Assembly (NCBI GenBank): GCA_903842755.1
Contig: CAIMNF010000509.1
Coordinates: forward strand, 1 to 31,197
DNA from: Oligoflexia bacterium
GTDB lineage: Bacteria > Bdellovibrionota > UBA1018 > CAIMNF01
DNA: 31,197 bases
Direction of reading: 5' to 3'
Below are positions 8,294-17,982 of the stretch, piece after piece (within the stretch, counting starts at the first letter, position 1; every line of letters begins with the position of its first letter). The translations under genes and the position numbers were made by a program. Under the pieces are notes generated by a model. It made no database searches, was not told the DNA's origin, and saw nothing but the letters and a program-made list of their open reading frames with translations.

Positions 8294-10645
8294 TTAGCTG
8301 CCACAGGCGATGCAATCATTCGGATTTTCGAGTGAACAGACCAACGCCTCTTCCTGCGACTTCTGATTTTCTGCCGTGGCTTTTGGTTGATCAACCGTAA
8401 ATTTAATTGCATCGGTCGCTGCTTTTGTTCGCAAATAGTACATCCCCGTTTTAAGCCCAAGCTTCCAGGCCGCGAAGTGTAAGGAGGTCAATTTTGCAAT
8501 ATTTGCTCCTTCCATATGGATATTTAAGCTTTGGGATTGGTCAATGAAGGGGGAGCGGCTTGCCGCCATTTCCAAGATACGCTTCTGTTTAATCTCCCAA
8601 ACGGTTTTATAAACCTCGCGCAAAGCCGCTGGAATTTCCTCAATCCCTTGAACGGAGCCATTATTTAAAATGATTTTGTCCTTGATGGATTTGCCCCAAA
8701 TTCCTAAGTCAATTAAATCTTGAACCAATGCCTTGTTAATGACGGTAAATTCGCCGGAAAGCACCCGACGGGTATATAGATTTGATGTAATGGGCTCAAT
8801 ACATTCGTTGTTTCCAAGAATTTGCGATGTGCTCGCAGTAGGCATTGGAGCCACTAACAAACTATTACGTACGCCTTGCTTTCTAATTTTAGCCTTTAGT
8901 TTTGTCCAATCCCAAAGCGGGGAAGGGGTAAAATTCCAAAGGTCAAATTGGAGTTTTCCTTCGGAAATAGGCGAACCCGCATAGCTTTCATAAGGGCCAT
9001 TTTTCAACGCTAAGTCGGCACTTGCGCTCAGCGCAGCAAAATAAATCGTCTCAAAGATTTGCTGATTTAAAAAGTTCGCCTCATCTGAATCAAATGGCAT
9101 GCGGAGTTTAAAAAAGGTATCCGCCAAGCCTTGGACGCCAATTCCAATCGGCCGGTTCTTGCGGTTCGAATATTCAGCCTCCGGAACAGGGTAATAATTT
9201 ACGTCAATAACCTTATTCAAATTTATCGTAATTTGGTAAGTAACGTCGTAAAGGTGTTGGAAGTCGTAGGTTTTATCCTTTACAAATTTTGGAAGTGCAA
9301 TAGAGGCCAAATTACACACCGCAATTTCTTTTTCCGAAGTATATTGAATGATTTCAGTACATAAGTTGGAAGATTTGATGGTTCCCAAATTCTTTTGGTT
9401 CGATTTTTCGTTGGCACTGTCTTTATAGAGCATGAAAGGTGAACCAGTTTCGATTTGGGATTCGACGATAGTTGCCCAAAGGTCACGCGCTTTAATTTGC
9501 TTTTTGTAGCGTTTTTCTTGCTCGTACTGAGAATAAAGAGCGCGAAATTTTTCACCGTAGCAATCGGCCAATCCAGGGGCTTCGTGGGGACAAAATAGCG
9601 ACCAGTCTTCATTTTTTTCTACACGCTCCATGAAAAGGTCGTTCATCCATAAGGCATAGAATAGGTCGCGCGCGCGCATTTCTTCTTTTCCGAAATTCTT
9701 TTTTAGCTCCAGAAAATCGAAAATGTCCGCGTGCCAAGGTTCCAGGTAAATGGCGAATGCTCCCTTGCGCTTACCGCCGCCTTGGTCCACATAGCGTGCG
9801 GTATCATTAAATACTTTTAACATCGGAATAATTCCATTGCTGGAACCATTCGTCCCCTTGATGAAGGTACCCTTTGCACGGATGTTATGAATGGAGAGCC
9901 CAATGCCGCCCGCGCTTTGTGAGATCAGTGCACATTGCTTTAAGGTGTCATAAATACCGGGAATGGAATCATCTTTCATGGCCAGCAAAAAGCACGAAGA
10001 CATTTGTGCTTTGTTCGTGCCCGCGTTGAATAGCGTGGGTGAAGCGTGGGTGAAAAACCCCGTGCTCATTAGCTCGTAAGTTTTAAAAGCGTTATCAAAG
10101 TCTTCGCCGTGAATTCCCAAAGCGACCCGCATGAGCATGTATTGCGGACGTTCAATGATTTTTTGATTCACTTTCAGGAGGTACGATTTTTCTAAAGTTT
10201 TATATGCAAAATAATCGTAATCGTAATCGCGCACCGTTTTAATGGTTTGGTTAATTAAATCTGCATTTTTTTGTGAGAGCTCATACAGCTCACGGCTAAT
10301 TAATGGAGAGTGCTCGTGGGTGTACTCTGACTTATTTAAATAAAGCTTTTCCATGCACTCGCTAAAAGTGGTCGGTGTATGACGATATAAGTTTGAAAGT
10401 AAAATGCGCGCGCCTAAAATCGAATAATCCGGATGAGTGCTGGAAAGATAAGCGCAAGTCTCGGCAGAGAGAACGTCTAGCTCTTGCGTCGTAATCCCGT
10501 CATAAATGCCTTCGATCGTCTTTTGGGCCACTAAAACGGGATCAACAAATTTGTCGTTCAAGCCAATGACTAAATTTTGAATTCGGTTGGTAATTTTGTC
10601 AAAACTAACGGGTTCCAGCTTTCCTGAGCGAGACAATACTTTCAT
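8294..10645 (-). CDS. nrdA: Class Ia ribonucleotide reductase alpha subunit (eukaryote-like type) with an ATP cone
   Basis: N-terminal ATP cone ([17 protein letters not shown]), [15 protein letters not shown] (thiyl Cys), [15 protein letters not shown], and C-terminal CIACGS. Confidence 0.98.
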   Translation of the reverse strand: MKVLSRSGKLEPVSFDKITNRIQNLVIGLNDKFVDPVLVAQKTIEGIYDGITTQELDVLSAETCAYLSSTHPDYSILGARILLSNLYRHTPTTFSECMEKLYLNKSEYTHEHSPLISRELYELSQKNADLINQTIKTVRDYDYDYFAYKTLEKSYLLKVNQKIIERPQYMLMRVALGIHGEDFDNAFKTYELMSTGFFTHASPTLFNAGTNKAQMSSCFLLAMKDDSIPGIYDTLKQCALISQSAGGIGLSIHNIRAKGTFIKGTNGSSNGIIPMLKVFNDTARYVDQGGGKRKGAFAIYLEPWHADIFDFLELKKNFGKEEMRARDLFYALWMNDLFMERVEKNEDWSLFCPHEAPGLADCYGEKFRALYSQYEQEKRYKKQIKARDLWATIVESQIETGSPFMLYKDSANEKSNQKNLGTIKSSNLCTEIIQYTSEKEIAVCNLASIALPKFVKDKTYDFQHLYDVTYQITINLNKVIDVNYYPVPEAEYSNRKNRPIGIGVQGLADTFFKLRMPFDSDEANFLNQQIFETIYFAALSASADLALKNGPYESYAGSPISEGKLQFDLWNFTPSPLWDWTKLKAKIRKQGVRNSLLVAPMPTASTSQILGNNECIEPITSNLYTRRVLSGEFTVINKALVQDLIDLGIWGKSIKDKIILNNGSVQGIEEIPAALREVYKTVWEIKQKRILEMAASRSPFIDQSQSLNIHMEGANIAKLTSLHFAAWKLGLKTGMYYLRTKAATDAIKFTVDQPKATAENQKSQEEALVCSLENPNDCIACGS

Positions 10646-10654
10646 TCGTTCTCC

Positions 10655-11638
10655 TTAAAATTCTGCAGACAAATTAAATTCAAAATGGTTTTTAGTTTCT
10701 TGGGACGACGACATTACACCGGCCTTTTGATATTCGGAAACTTTCTTTTCAAAAAAATTAGTTTTGCCTTGAAGTGAGATCAATTCCATCCAATCAAACG
10801 GGTTTGAAGCATGATAATGGTTTGGTAGGTTTAAACTCCTCAAGAGACGGTCCGCTACAAACTCAATGTACTGTGACATCGCTTTGGAGTTCATGCCAAT
10901 CAATGACACTGGCAGTGACTCGGTAACAAATTCCTTTTCAATCAAGACCGCTTCACGAACAATTTCCAGAATGCGCTCATGCGGTAACGGTTTCAGCATT
11001 TGATAAAGATGGCAGGCAAAGTCCGTATGAAGCCCTTCGTCGCGGCTAATGAGTTCATTTGAAAATGTAAGTCCCGGCATGAGGCCGCGTTTTTTTAACC
11101 AAAAGATTGAACAAAAACTTCCGGAAAAGAAAATTCCTTCAACGCAAGCAAACGCAATCAAGCGTTCTGCAAAGCTTTGTTGAGAATCAATCCACTTTAG
11201 TGCCCAATCTGCTTTTTTCTTTACCGAAGGGATGTATTTAATTGCTTTAAAAAGCCGATCTTTTTCTTGAGGGTTCTTAATGTAGGTATCAATCAAAAGT
11301 CCGTAAGTTTCTGAGTGAATATTTTCCATCGCTATTTGAAACCCATAAAAGCAACGTGCTTCTGGAATAGGGACATCTTGATAAAATCGGAGCGCCAAAT
11401 TTTCATTCACGATTCCATCGCTGGCAGAAAAGAAGGCGAGCACAGTGGAAATATAGTGTTTCTCGTCCGCGTTTAGCGAATTCCAATCCGTGAGATCGGG
11501 ATAAAGGTCAATCTCTTCGGCGGTCCAAAATGAGGCGACGGCTTTTTTGTAATAGTTCCATATCTCTGGATATTTAATGGGCATCAGAATAAAACGTTCT
11601 TCGTCATGAAGGGATGAGAAATCTGTTTGCATAGTCAC
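10655..11638 (-). CDS. nrdB: Class I ribonucleotide reductase beta subunit
   Basis: [43 protein letters not shown] and [14 protein letters not shown] start with an AAGGA RBS. Confidence 0.97.
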   Translation of the reverse strand: MTMQTDFSSLHDEERFILMPIKYPEIWNYYKKAVASFWTAEEIDLYPDLTDWNSLNADEKHYISTVLAFFSASDGIVNENLALRFYQDVPIPEARCFYGFQIAMENIHSETYGLLIDTYIKNPQEKDRLFKAIKYIPSVKKKADWALKWIDSQQSFAERLIAFACVEGIFFSGSFCSIFWLKKRGLMPGLTFSNELISRDEGLHTDFACHLYQMLKPLPHERILEIVREAVLIEKEFVTESLPVSLIGMNSKAMSQYIEFVADRLLRSLNLPNHYHASNPFDWMELISLQGKTNFFEKKVSEYQKAGVMSSSQETKNHFEFNLSAEF

Positions 11639-11665
11639 GGTTTCCTTCTTGTTTTTTTATGAGTC

Positions 11666-11698
11666 AATTGCTGTTAATACTTAATTGCTGTTAATACT
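11666..11698. repeat. Tandem duplication of AATTGCTGTTAATACT (2 x 16 bp, 17 bp period) upstream of nrdB
   Basis: Exact copies at 11666-11681 and 11683-11698. Confidence 0.9.
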
Positions 11699-12065
11699 CG
11701 GTCGTTTTTAAAACTCAATGCTGCTGGAGCGTTGTAGATAGATCTTTGTTCGAGTTCGCGGCGGCGTTTATTTTTATAAAATTTATTTGAAAATAGACGA
11801 ATAACCCCTCCCCATCGTTTGGAAAATCTCCCTGTTGAATAAACGTTAACGGAACAAATTTGGGAAGACAACGGGAGGAGTGAAAAAAAATTGGCTAGAG
11901 AAAAAGTCTTTAAGTTTTGTAAAAAGTTGCCCCTCTTTTTTTTTGACGTAATGAATCATCGGTTGGGAATGGAAAAAATTTCATAGTAATACTCTAGAAA
12001 ACAAATTGGATCGGAACTGCGGGATGTGTTTAAACAAGGTCGGGAGTTAACTTATTAAAGTACAT

Positions 12066-13388
12066 TTAGATAATGTATTTTTGGACAAGTGTGAGCGTCT
12101 TTTTGACTAGATCAAAAAAACGATTTTGTGAGATCGCGCGTTGAGGGTTGTTCCAGGTCAGGCTTAAACATGCTTGAACTCCTCGTTCATTTTTCAAGAG
12201 GTAAGTCATGCTGAGGACGCCGGGTTCAGAGCCACCTTTAAAGCCCACAGCCTTCCAATAGGGACTGAGTAATTCTCCGCTATCGATGAGCGGGATATTT
12301 TTCGATAAAATTTTATCAAGCTCCGGGCTTGACCGTTGCCCAAGCCAGAGAATTGCACTGCAATTTTCGTCGGTAGTTGCATGCCACTCGAGTTCTTGAA
12401 TAAAAGTGGGCGAATTCGTCGGTATGCCATTTTGCCCTACGGAAGTGATCGGTATTTGGGTAAGAAGCTCAAGGTCTTTTCTTTTTTCTGGCAGCAAGGC
12501 GTTTAGGTATTCTTGAGTATCCTTCGTGGGGATGGCCCACTTGAGTTTGAACATTTCGAGAGTAGACAACAATGGCAGGTGCTGTGTCTCTGAAAAATTT
12601 CCCATCTTAGGCAACATGTCTTCTACGTTTTCTCTACCCAGGAAATAAAGTAAATGGTCGGTGGCGGTATTGTCACTAATGGAAATCATATTTTCGGCGT
12701 AGTGATACAGAGTTTCCGGCGTTCCAGACGCGATATTTTGCATCGTTCCGGAAGGAAGCGACTTCCATTCTTCGTGGATGGGTAGGATTTCTGTCCATTG
12801 GAGCTGCCCCGCTTGAATGGATTCGAGAAGCTTTCCTAAAATATAGAGCTTGAACGTCGAGCCAATTGAAAAAGACTTGTTCGCATTTTGCGTGAGGTAA
12901 AGTGAGTGGTTTTGAGTGGTGAATGTTGCAGAAAAATGGTGAGCATCATCTAAGACATTAAACGCTGCGGGCAAGTCGTTCCAAGAGTTTAGGTGAATGC
13001 GCGGATCATCGATCCCGTCTAAGGTTAGTCCATCAATGAGCGTTGTTTTTGAATTGTAGTGAAGCCGCACTTGACCGTTAATTCCAAAACTTCCGGTAAA
13101 TTGGACTTGTAAATGATCGTCCGGTTTTTCATGAATGGAAAACTTGGTGCAGGACCCAATATCTTGGTTGAGTTCCTGGAAGATAGACTGGATTTGTACA
13201 AGGGGCACGGCTTGAATAAAATCTTGAGTAAAGTGATTTTGGTACTCTTGGGAGGTGGAGCTAGGATGAAGTTGAATAAGCTGCGAGCAAATAAATGTAA
13301 GGTGATTCTGGAGTTCTGGGGGGTAGGCTAAAGCAGACGTTTTCAAAAGTATTAGCGAAATAATCGGTACCAATTGAAAATTTTTCAT
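12066..13388 (-). CDS. Cpe/LpqF-like serine hydrolase (class A beta-lactamase-like) with an N-terminal extra domain
   Basis: Signal peptide, GSTFK (SxxK), ISDNTATD (SDN), PLLSTLEMFKLKW, and FKGGSEPGV (KGG in place of KTG). Confidence 0.85.
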   Translation of the reverse strand: MKNFQLVPIISLILLKTSALAYPPELQNHLTFICSQLIQLHPSSTSQEYQNHFTQDFIQAVPLVQIQSIFQELNQDIGSCTKFSIHEKPDDHLQVQFTGSFGINGQVRLHYNSKTTLIDGLTLDGIDDPRIHLNSWNDLPAAFNVLDDAHHFSATFTTQNHSLYLTQNANKSFSIGSTFKLYILGKLLESIQAGQLQWTEILPIHEEWKSLPSGTMQNIASGTPETLYHYAENMISISDNTATDHLLYFLGRENVEDMLPKMGNFSETQHLPLLSTLEMFKLKWAIPTKDTQEYLNALLPEKRKDLELLTQIPITSVGQNGIPTNSPTFIQELEWHATTDENCSAILWLGQRSSPELDKILSKNIPLIDSGELLSPYWKAVGFKGGSEPGVLSMTYLLKNERGVQACLSLTWNNPQRAISQNRFFDLVKKTLTLVQKYII

Positions 13389-13505
13389 GGGGGGATCGGT
13401 ATCACGGAAGTAAGACCTAAATCAAGCCTGATTAATCTTGATAAGGATGCTGATTTGTGTCACTTAGGGAACGCAGTTTTTAACTTTAACCATAGGAGAA
13501 TATTT

Positions 13506-13829
13506 ATGAATTGTTCTACACATGAAAAACACGATCACATCCATGGCCCGAATTGCGGGCACCCAGCAGTAAAGCATTTAGACCATGTGGATTATTTGCA
13601 TGAAGGGCACCTTCATCACCTTCATCAAGGTCACATTGATGAACATGAGCTTGAAGCGTCTGAAAAAAATCCCACGACTTGCTCGCCCGTTGCATGCGGT
13701 GTCGATCATGCGAATAGTGAAAAAATTCCTCACGCTGGGCACTTTGATTACCTAGTAAATGGCCGACTTCACCATGCGCACGATGGCCATTGCGATGATC
13801 ATGGGCCAATTGCGCTTGCTACGAACTAA
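13506..13829 (+). CDS. Histidine-rich putative metal-binding protein (107 aa)
   Basis: ATG at 13506 behind an AGGAGA RBS (the track start at 13374 overlaps the upstream gene). 22 His and 5 Cys, with two HxxHxDYLxxGxLHHxHxGHxDxH repeats. Confidence 0.85.
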   Translation: MNCSTHEKHDHIHGPNCGHPAVKHLDHVDYLHEGHLHHLHQGHIDEHELEASEKNPTTCSPVACGVDHANSEKIPHAGHFDYLVNGRLHHAHDGHCDDHGPIALATN

Positions 13830-16255
13830 AGTTCTTTCGAGATTCGAGCAAAAATTTCTCTTCCAGCGGAGTAATGGTTCCCATTATAGCCGTTAGCGAC
13901 GTTGATGGGATAAAGATTATCTAAAATATTTAAGAGGTCGACCGATAGTTTTGTTTTGCTCCACCAAGATCCTTGGCTGAAATCGTAGCCAATACTGGTG
14001 TCAAACGTGAGGTGTGAGGGGAGGCTAAGTGTGTTGTTCGGACCGGTTCTTAAGCCGCTGCCGAATAAGGCTTCCCCTGTCCACCACCAGTGATCTGTCT
14101 TGTAGGTTACCCCGGAATTGGCGGTGTGCACCTGGACATGGTCCAAAAATTGATACCCGCCCGTGCTCGCGCTGGTTCCCGTAGGAAAAGAAAATAGTCC
14201 GCCGCTAATCCCGCTCCCTTTTGCAATTTCATATGAGTAATTGAAATAATCCGCCCATTTCTGATTTAATTTACCTTGTATCGAAAACTCAACGCCATAA
14301 GCGTATCCGTGTGAAAAGTTATACGGCTGAGCAATGGAAGTGTTTAACAGTTGGCTATCGTCCAACATGTTTTTTGCCAATTTTCCGTAAATATTTAGAT
14401 TCATGACTTGGTCATTCCATTGGTGCGAGGCGCCGACCTCGGCGTAATTGTCCTTTTCCGCTTTGATGTCGTAGGGGGCGAGAGCGTTGCCGGCTCCGAT
14501 GTTGACGAAGGTGTCGCGCAGGTTTTCGACAGGGGCAGGTTGAAAAGAAAGTCCGTAAAAGACGTGAAAAACAGTGTTTTCCGATGCTTTATAACTGAGC
14601 CCCAGTCGTGGTTGGAGCCACGAGTCTTGAGTAGTCACGTCTGAAAAATGGTATTGGGTAGCATCGAATCGTAATCCTGCGCTCAGGGTGAGCGTGTGGG
14701 TAAGTTTGTATTCGTCCTGAAGGTACACGCTTTCTAGATAGCCGGTGTCTTCATTATTGTCCGAGCTGTATACCGGCGCTTGTCCTTGCTCCTGCGAAAT
14801 CACGGAGATCGGGCCCGAGGAGTTGGATTGCTGGAGTTGAAACCCAGCCTTGATGAGGTGGGAATCATTCCATCGGTCCGAGAAGTCACCTTTAATTCCT
14901 TCATTCAGAGTGACGCGGTCTTCTGCAAAGCTAGAGGGATTACTGTTCGGAATTGCGCCGGCGTTTGCGGCGTAAAGGTCATTAGTGGGGTCATTCAACA
15001 CGTGAATCTTAGAGATTTTGAAATACGGGGCAAGTTGTAGAAAGGCATGGGGACTAAAACTGTGCTTCCATACGAGTTGAGAATACGCATTATTTTCGGC
15101 TTGAGCGTCGTTCGTGTTGTAGGGAACGTAATTCAGAGGGCCGTTTTGCCACGGATCGGAATAGCCCGAATTAAAAATGGGGCTTGTGGCGCTAAACGAA
15201 GCAGGGAAGTTTGGAATTTGGTAAAAGTTATATGAGTTATAAGTAATAAAAGAAAGTTTGTCTGTATTTCCCAATTGCCAGTCCAATTTAATGAACTCGT
15301 CGTTGCCATTGCTTTGATCATGGACGGCGTCCGAGGTCCCCTGGCTTGGATTGGCTAAGGATTGCGGCTGCGGCGTTTCTAGACCTCGGTCGGTTTGGGT
15401 GTAGCTCGCGGATAAAAAATAATGGAAGTTTCCCGCTGAGTTCGAACCGCTGTAGCTTCCCTGAGGCGTTAAGGTGTTGTAAGCGCCGTAGCCAATCCCC
15501 ACGGTTCCGCCAGGCGTTTCGGATCCGGATTTGGTGATGATGTTCACGACAGCCGAAAGGCGTTCGCCATATTCCGCTGGAATGCCGCCAGTGATGACTT
15601 CCATGTGATCAATGTTTCGAGGGCTAAAGGCTTGTCCAAAAGTGTTGGACGGAGAATCAGGCAGTTGTACCCCGTCAATTTGGTATTGAATGTTGGCATG
15701 ATTCCCACGAATGTAAGACTGACCAAAGGGACCTTGAATGATTCCTGGATTCGTCGTGGCTAATAACTTGGGAAGTTTAATATCGTCACCCTGGGGAAGG
15801 GCTTGAATGGTTTCTTTGTTGATTTCTCGGGTGCTGGAGGGCGCCGTTCCGCTGACCAGGTTTCTTTTGGCTTGAACTTTAACGGTCATGACGGGTTCAT
15901 CTGAACTTTGGTGGTTTTGCTTTAATTGAATTTTGAGCTCGGCATTGGCTCCGGACGCAATGTGGAGTGAAAAGCGATTGGGGTTGAAGTCATTTGCTTC
16001 GGTCACGACGGTGTAATTTCCAAAGTCCAGGGGGTAGGCCTCAAAGTCGCCAGCGGCGCCGGTCGTTTTCTCAAAGAGAGTGCTCCCGTTTTCGCTTAAA
16101 ATTTTTACGTGTGCACCGCCAACCGCAATTCCGTCTTGATCTAAAACCGTGCCGGAGACTGAGCCCGAAGTTCCCGCAACGGAAGCAGTTGAAAAAAAGT
16201 TCGCAAGAGTACACAGAACGAGGAAGCAAGCCTGGCTAAAAAATAGTTTTAACAT
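13826..16255 (-). CDS. TonB-dependent receptor with an N-terminal carboxypeptidase-regulatory-like domain
   Basis: Signal peptide, then GSVSGTVLDQDG...GAHV, a plug (YQIDGV...EVITGGIPAEYG...VVNIITKSG), and barrel strands ending DLLNILDN...GREIFARISKEL. Confidence 0.93.
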   Translation of the reverse strand: MLKLFFSQACFLVLCTLANFFSTASVAGTSGSVSGTVLDQDGIAVGGAHVKILSENGSTLFEKTTGAAGDFEAYPLDFGNYTVVTEANDFNPNRFSLHIASGANAELKIQLKQNHQSSDEPVMTVKVQAKRNLVSGTAPSSTREINKETIQALPQGDDIKLPKLLATTNPGIIQGPFGQSYIRGNHANIQYQIDGVQLPDSPSNTFGQAFSPRNIDHMEVITGGIPAEYGERLSAVVNIITKSGSETPGGTVGIGYGAYNTLTPQGSYSGSNSAGNFHYFLSASYTQTDRGLETPQPQSLANPSQGTSDAVHDQSNGNDEFIKLDWQLGNTDKLSFITYNSYNFYQIPNFPASFSATSPIFNSGYSDPWQNGPLNYVPYNTNDAQAENNAYSQLVWKHSFSPHAFLQLAPYFKISKIHVLNDPTNDLYAANAGAIPNSNPSSFAEDRVTLNEGIKGDFSDRWNDSHLIKAGFQLQQSNSSGPISVISQEQGQAPVYSSDNNEDTGYLESVYLQDEYKLTHTLTLSAGLRFDATQYHFSDVTTQDSWLQPRLGLSYKASENTVFHVFYGLSFQPAPVENLRDTFVNIGAGNALAPYDIKAEKDNYAEVGASHQWNDQVMNLNIYGKLAKNMLDDSQLLNTSIAQPYNFSHGYAYGVEFSIQGKLNQKWADYFNYSYEIAKGSGISGGLFSFPTGTSASTGGYQFLDHVQVHTANSGVTYKTDHWWWTGEALFGSGLRTGPNNTLSLPSHLTFDTSIGYDFSQGSWWSKTKLSVDLLNILDNLYPINVANGYNGNHYSAGREIFARISKEL

Positions 16256-16311
16256 TGGATAAACGCTAAGTTAACCAGAAAAGGCTGGCAATGAAAATGC
16301 AATTGAATTGA

Positions 16312-16995
16312 GTGGAGAAAAGTCCTACTCTGTGGGCTATGCAAACCATAGAGTCTTTTTTTGAACTCATCAAACATGGCGGTTTGATGATGGTGCCGCT
16401 TTTAATTTCTGCTTTTATTGGATTGACGATCATTTTTGAGCGCGGATACATGCTGAAAAAAACCTTTTTTTTACCGGAAAATATTAAAGAAAAGCTGAGA
16501 GCGGACTTGAGTGCCTCCAACAGAGGCGATCGCCAAGCATTAGTAGTTCAGGCTAAAGAGATTGCAAAGGTGCACGCGCGTTCCCCGGTCGCTCAAGTGG
16601 TCCGCATCGGATTAGAAAACGTTGCTGCAGCGCCAGAAGACGTAGAGCGACTGATGGCAAATGAAGCCCAGCGATGGATTCCGTTACTGGAAAAGCGGTT
16701 AGAAATTCTAGACACTATTATTACTGCAGCGCCGCTCATGGGCCTGCTGGGAACCATTACCGGAATGATGGCGTCTTTCAAAGTGTTGTCCGAAAAAGGA
16801 GTGAATGAGCCTAATGCAATTACGGGCGGTGTGGCCGAAGCCCTGATCGCAACCGCCACGGGGCTAGTGATCGCGCTGATTTGTCTGCTTGCTTATAATT
16901 ACTTTAGCGCCGTCGTGAAAGAGTATATCACCTCCATGGAAGAAATGGCGAACCTTTTGCTTGAGGCAAAAGGGGGCAAAAGAAATGAAAATTAA
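16312..16995 (+). CDS. exbB: MotA/TolQ/ExbB proton channel protein (likely start at ATG 16339)
   Basis: GGLMMVPL, APLMGLLGTITGMM and GGVAEALIATATGL. First gene of the exbB-exbD-tonB run. Confidence 0.93.
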   Translation: MEKSPTLWAMQTIESFFELIKHGGLMMVPLLISAFIGLTIIFERGYMLKKTFFLPENIKEKLRADLSASNRGDRQALVVQAKEIAKVHARSPVAQVVRIGLENVAAAPEDVERLMANEAQRWIPLLEKRLEILDTIITAAPLMGLLGTITGMMASFKVLSEKGVNEPNAITGGVAEALIATATGLVIALICLLAYNYFSAVVKEYITSMEEMANLLLEAKGGKRNEN

Positions 16996-17389
16996 GCGTC
17001 CTCCTTTAAAAAAACCGCGAATTGAAATCATTCCCATGATCGACGTCATTTTTTTTCTGTTGGTATTTTTTATGGTGTCGTCGCTCGCGCATGAAAAGTT
17101 TAATGGGATGCCGGTGAATTTACCGAAAACTTCTTCTGCTCCGCAGGCGGTCGTTCAGAAAATTACGCTTTCGATTGAAGCTTCGGGCGATCTTTACTTA
17201 AATAAGAGCAAAGTAAGTTTGGCTAGTTTGGCAGACACCTTGGCGCATCTGATGGCAGCGACTCCCGACGAAACGGTGATCGTGAACGCGGATAAGAACG
17301 CGAATTATGGGCTGGTGATGGCGGCCATGGATCAAGCAAAAAAAATTGGAGTGAGAAAGTTTGCGCTCTTGTCTCATTTTGAAAAATGA
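16985..17389 (+). CDS. exbD: Biopolymer transporter ExbD
   Basis: IEIIPMIDVIFFLLVFFM, VNLPK and VIVNADKNANYG. ATG at 16985 overlaps the end of exbB. Confidence 0.93.
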   Translation: MKIKRPPLKKPRIEIIPMIDVIFFLLVFFMVSSLAHEKFNGMPVNLPKTSSAPQAVVQKITLSIEASGDLYLNKSKVSLASLADTLAHLMAATPDETVIVNADKNANYGLVMAAMDQAKKIGVRKFALLSHFEK

Positions 17390-17982
17390 GTCAGGCCTGG
17401 AGAGTAGAGAGCGGTAGCCGGAACTTGTATTACGCTGCCTTTTTTGCAGCGTCGCTGGAGCTTGGGTTGATTGCCCTGACCGGTGTGAAGTTTCATTTTC
17501 GGCAATCGGAGCCCTCTGTATCCCCCGTGACCCTTGAATCGGAAGTTGTGGTTATTCCAGAAGAACACCCTAAGCTAAGGTCTCAAACCGCACTTCCCCC
17601 AGTTCCGGAAGAAGCGCTGAGTAACTCTTCCCAGGTCAAGCCCAATGCGAGTCCGTCTAAATCTTTAGATGCTCCGAATACGAATCAAATTCAACATGGT
17701 AAGCCTTTAGCAGGGTCGCACGGGCCAGTTTTAATAGAATCTCCAGCGCCGGTTATCCCGGACTATTTAAAAGACAAAGAGATTAATGCCAAAGTCATTA
17801 TCGAGTTTACGGTACTCAAGGATGGAAGGGTATCGCCCCGCCTTTTAGTTTCGAGTGGGAATGAGGAGCTTGATCAAATCGCGATTGGTGCGGCTTCGCG
17901 CTGGAAGTTTTATCCGGCAGAATCGGAGCATCAAGCGATCGATGCAAAAGTAAAATTGCGGATTGTCTTTGAAGTTAAGTAA
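17386..17982 (+). CDS. tonB: Energy transducer TonB
   Basis: Single N-terminal TM helix, Pro-rich linker, and a TonB C-terminal domain (VIIEFTV..DGRV...SSG.EELD..A..A.RWKFYPA). ATGA overlap with exbD. Confidence 0.88.
   Translation: MSQAWRVESGSRNLYYAAFFAASLELGLIALTGVKFHFRQSEPSVSPVTLESEVVVIPEEHPKLRSQTALPPVPEEALSNSSQVKPNASPSKSLDAPNTNQIQHGKPLAGSHGPVLIESPAPVIPDYLKDKEINAKVIIEFTVLKDGRVSPRLLVSSGNEELDQIAIGAASRWKFYPAESEHQAIDAKVKLRIVFEVK

Noticed and set aside
11700-12060. NrdR box or riboswitch upstream of nrdB; ORF 11674-11871
   Set aside because: ATAGATCTTTG only loosely resembles the NrdR consensus, no riboswitch core is recognisable, and the ORF has no motif or clear RBS.
16256-16338. Fur/Zur box between the TBDR and exbB (TGAAAATGCAATTGA), and a similar one upstream of ZIP (~18762-18776)
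   Set aside because: Only one good half-site each in AT-rich DNA; too weak without a PWM scan.
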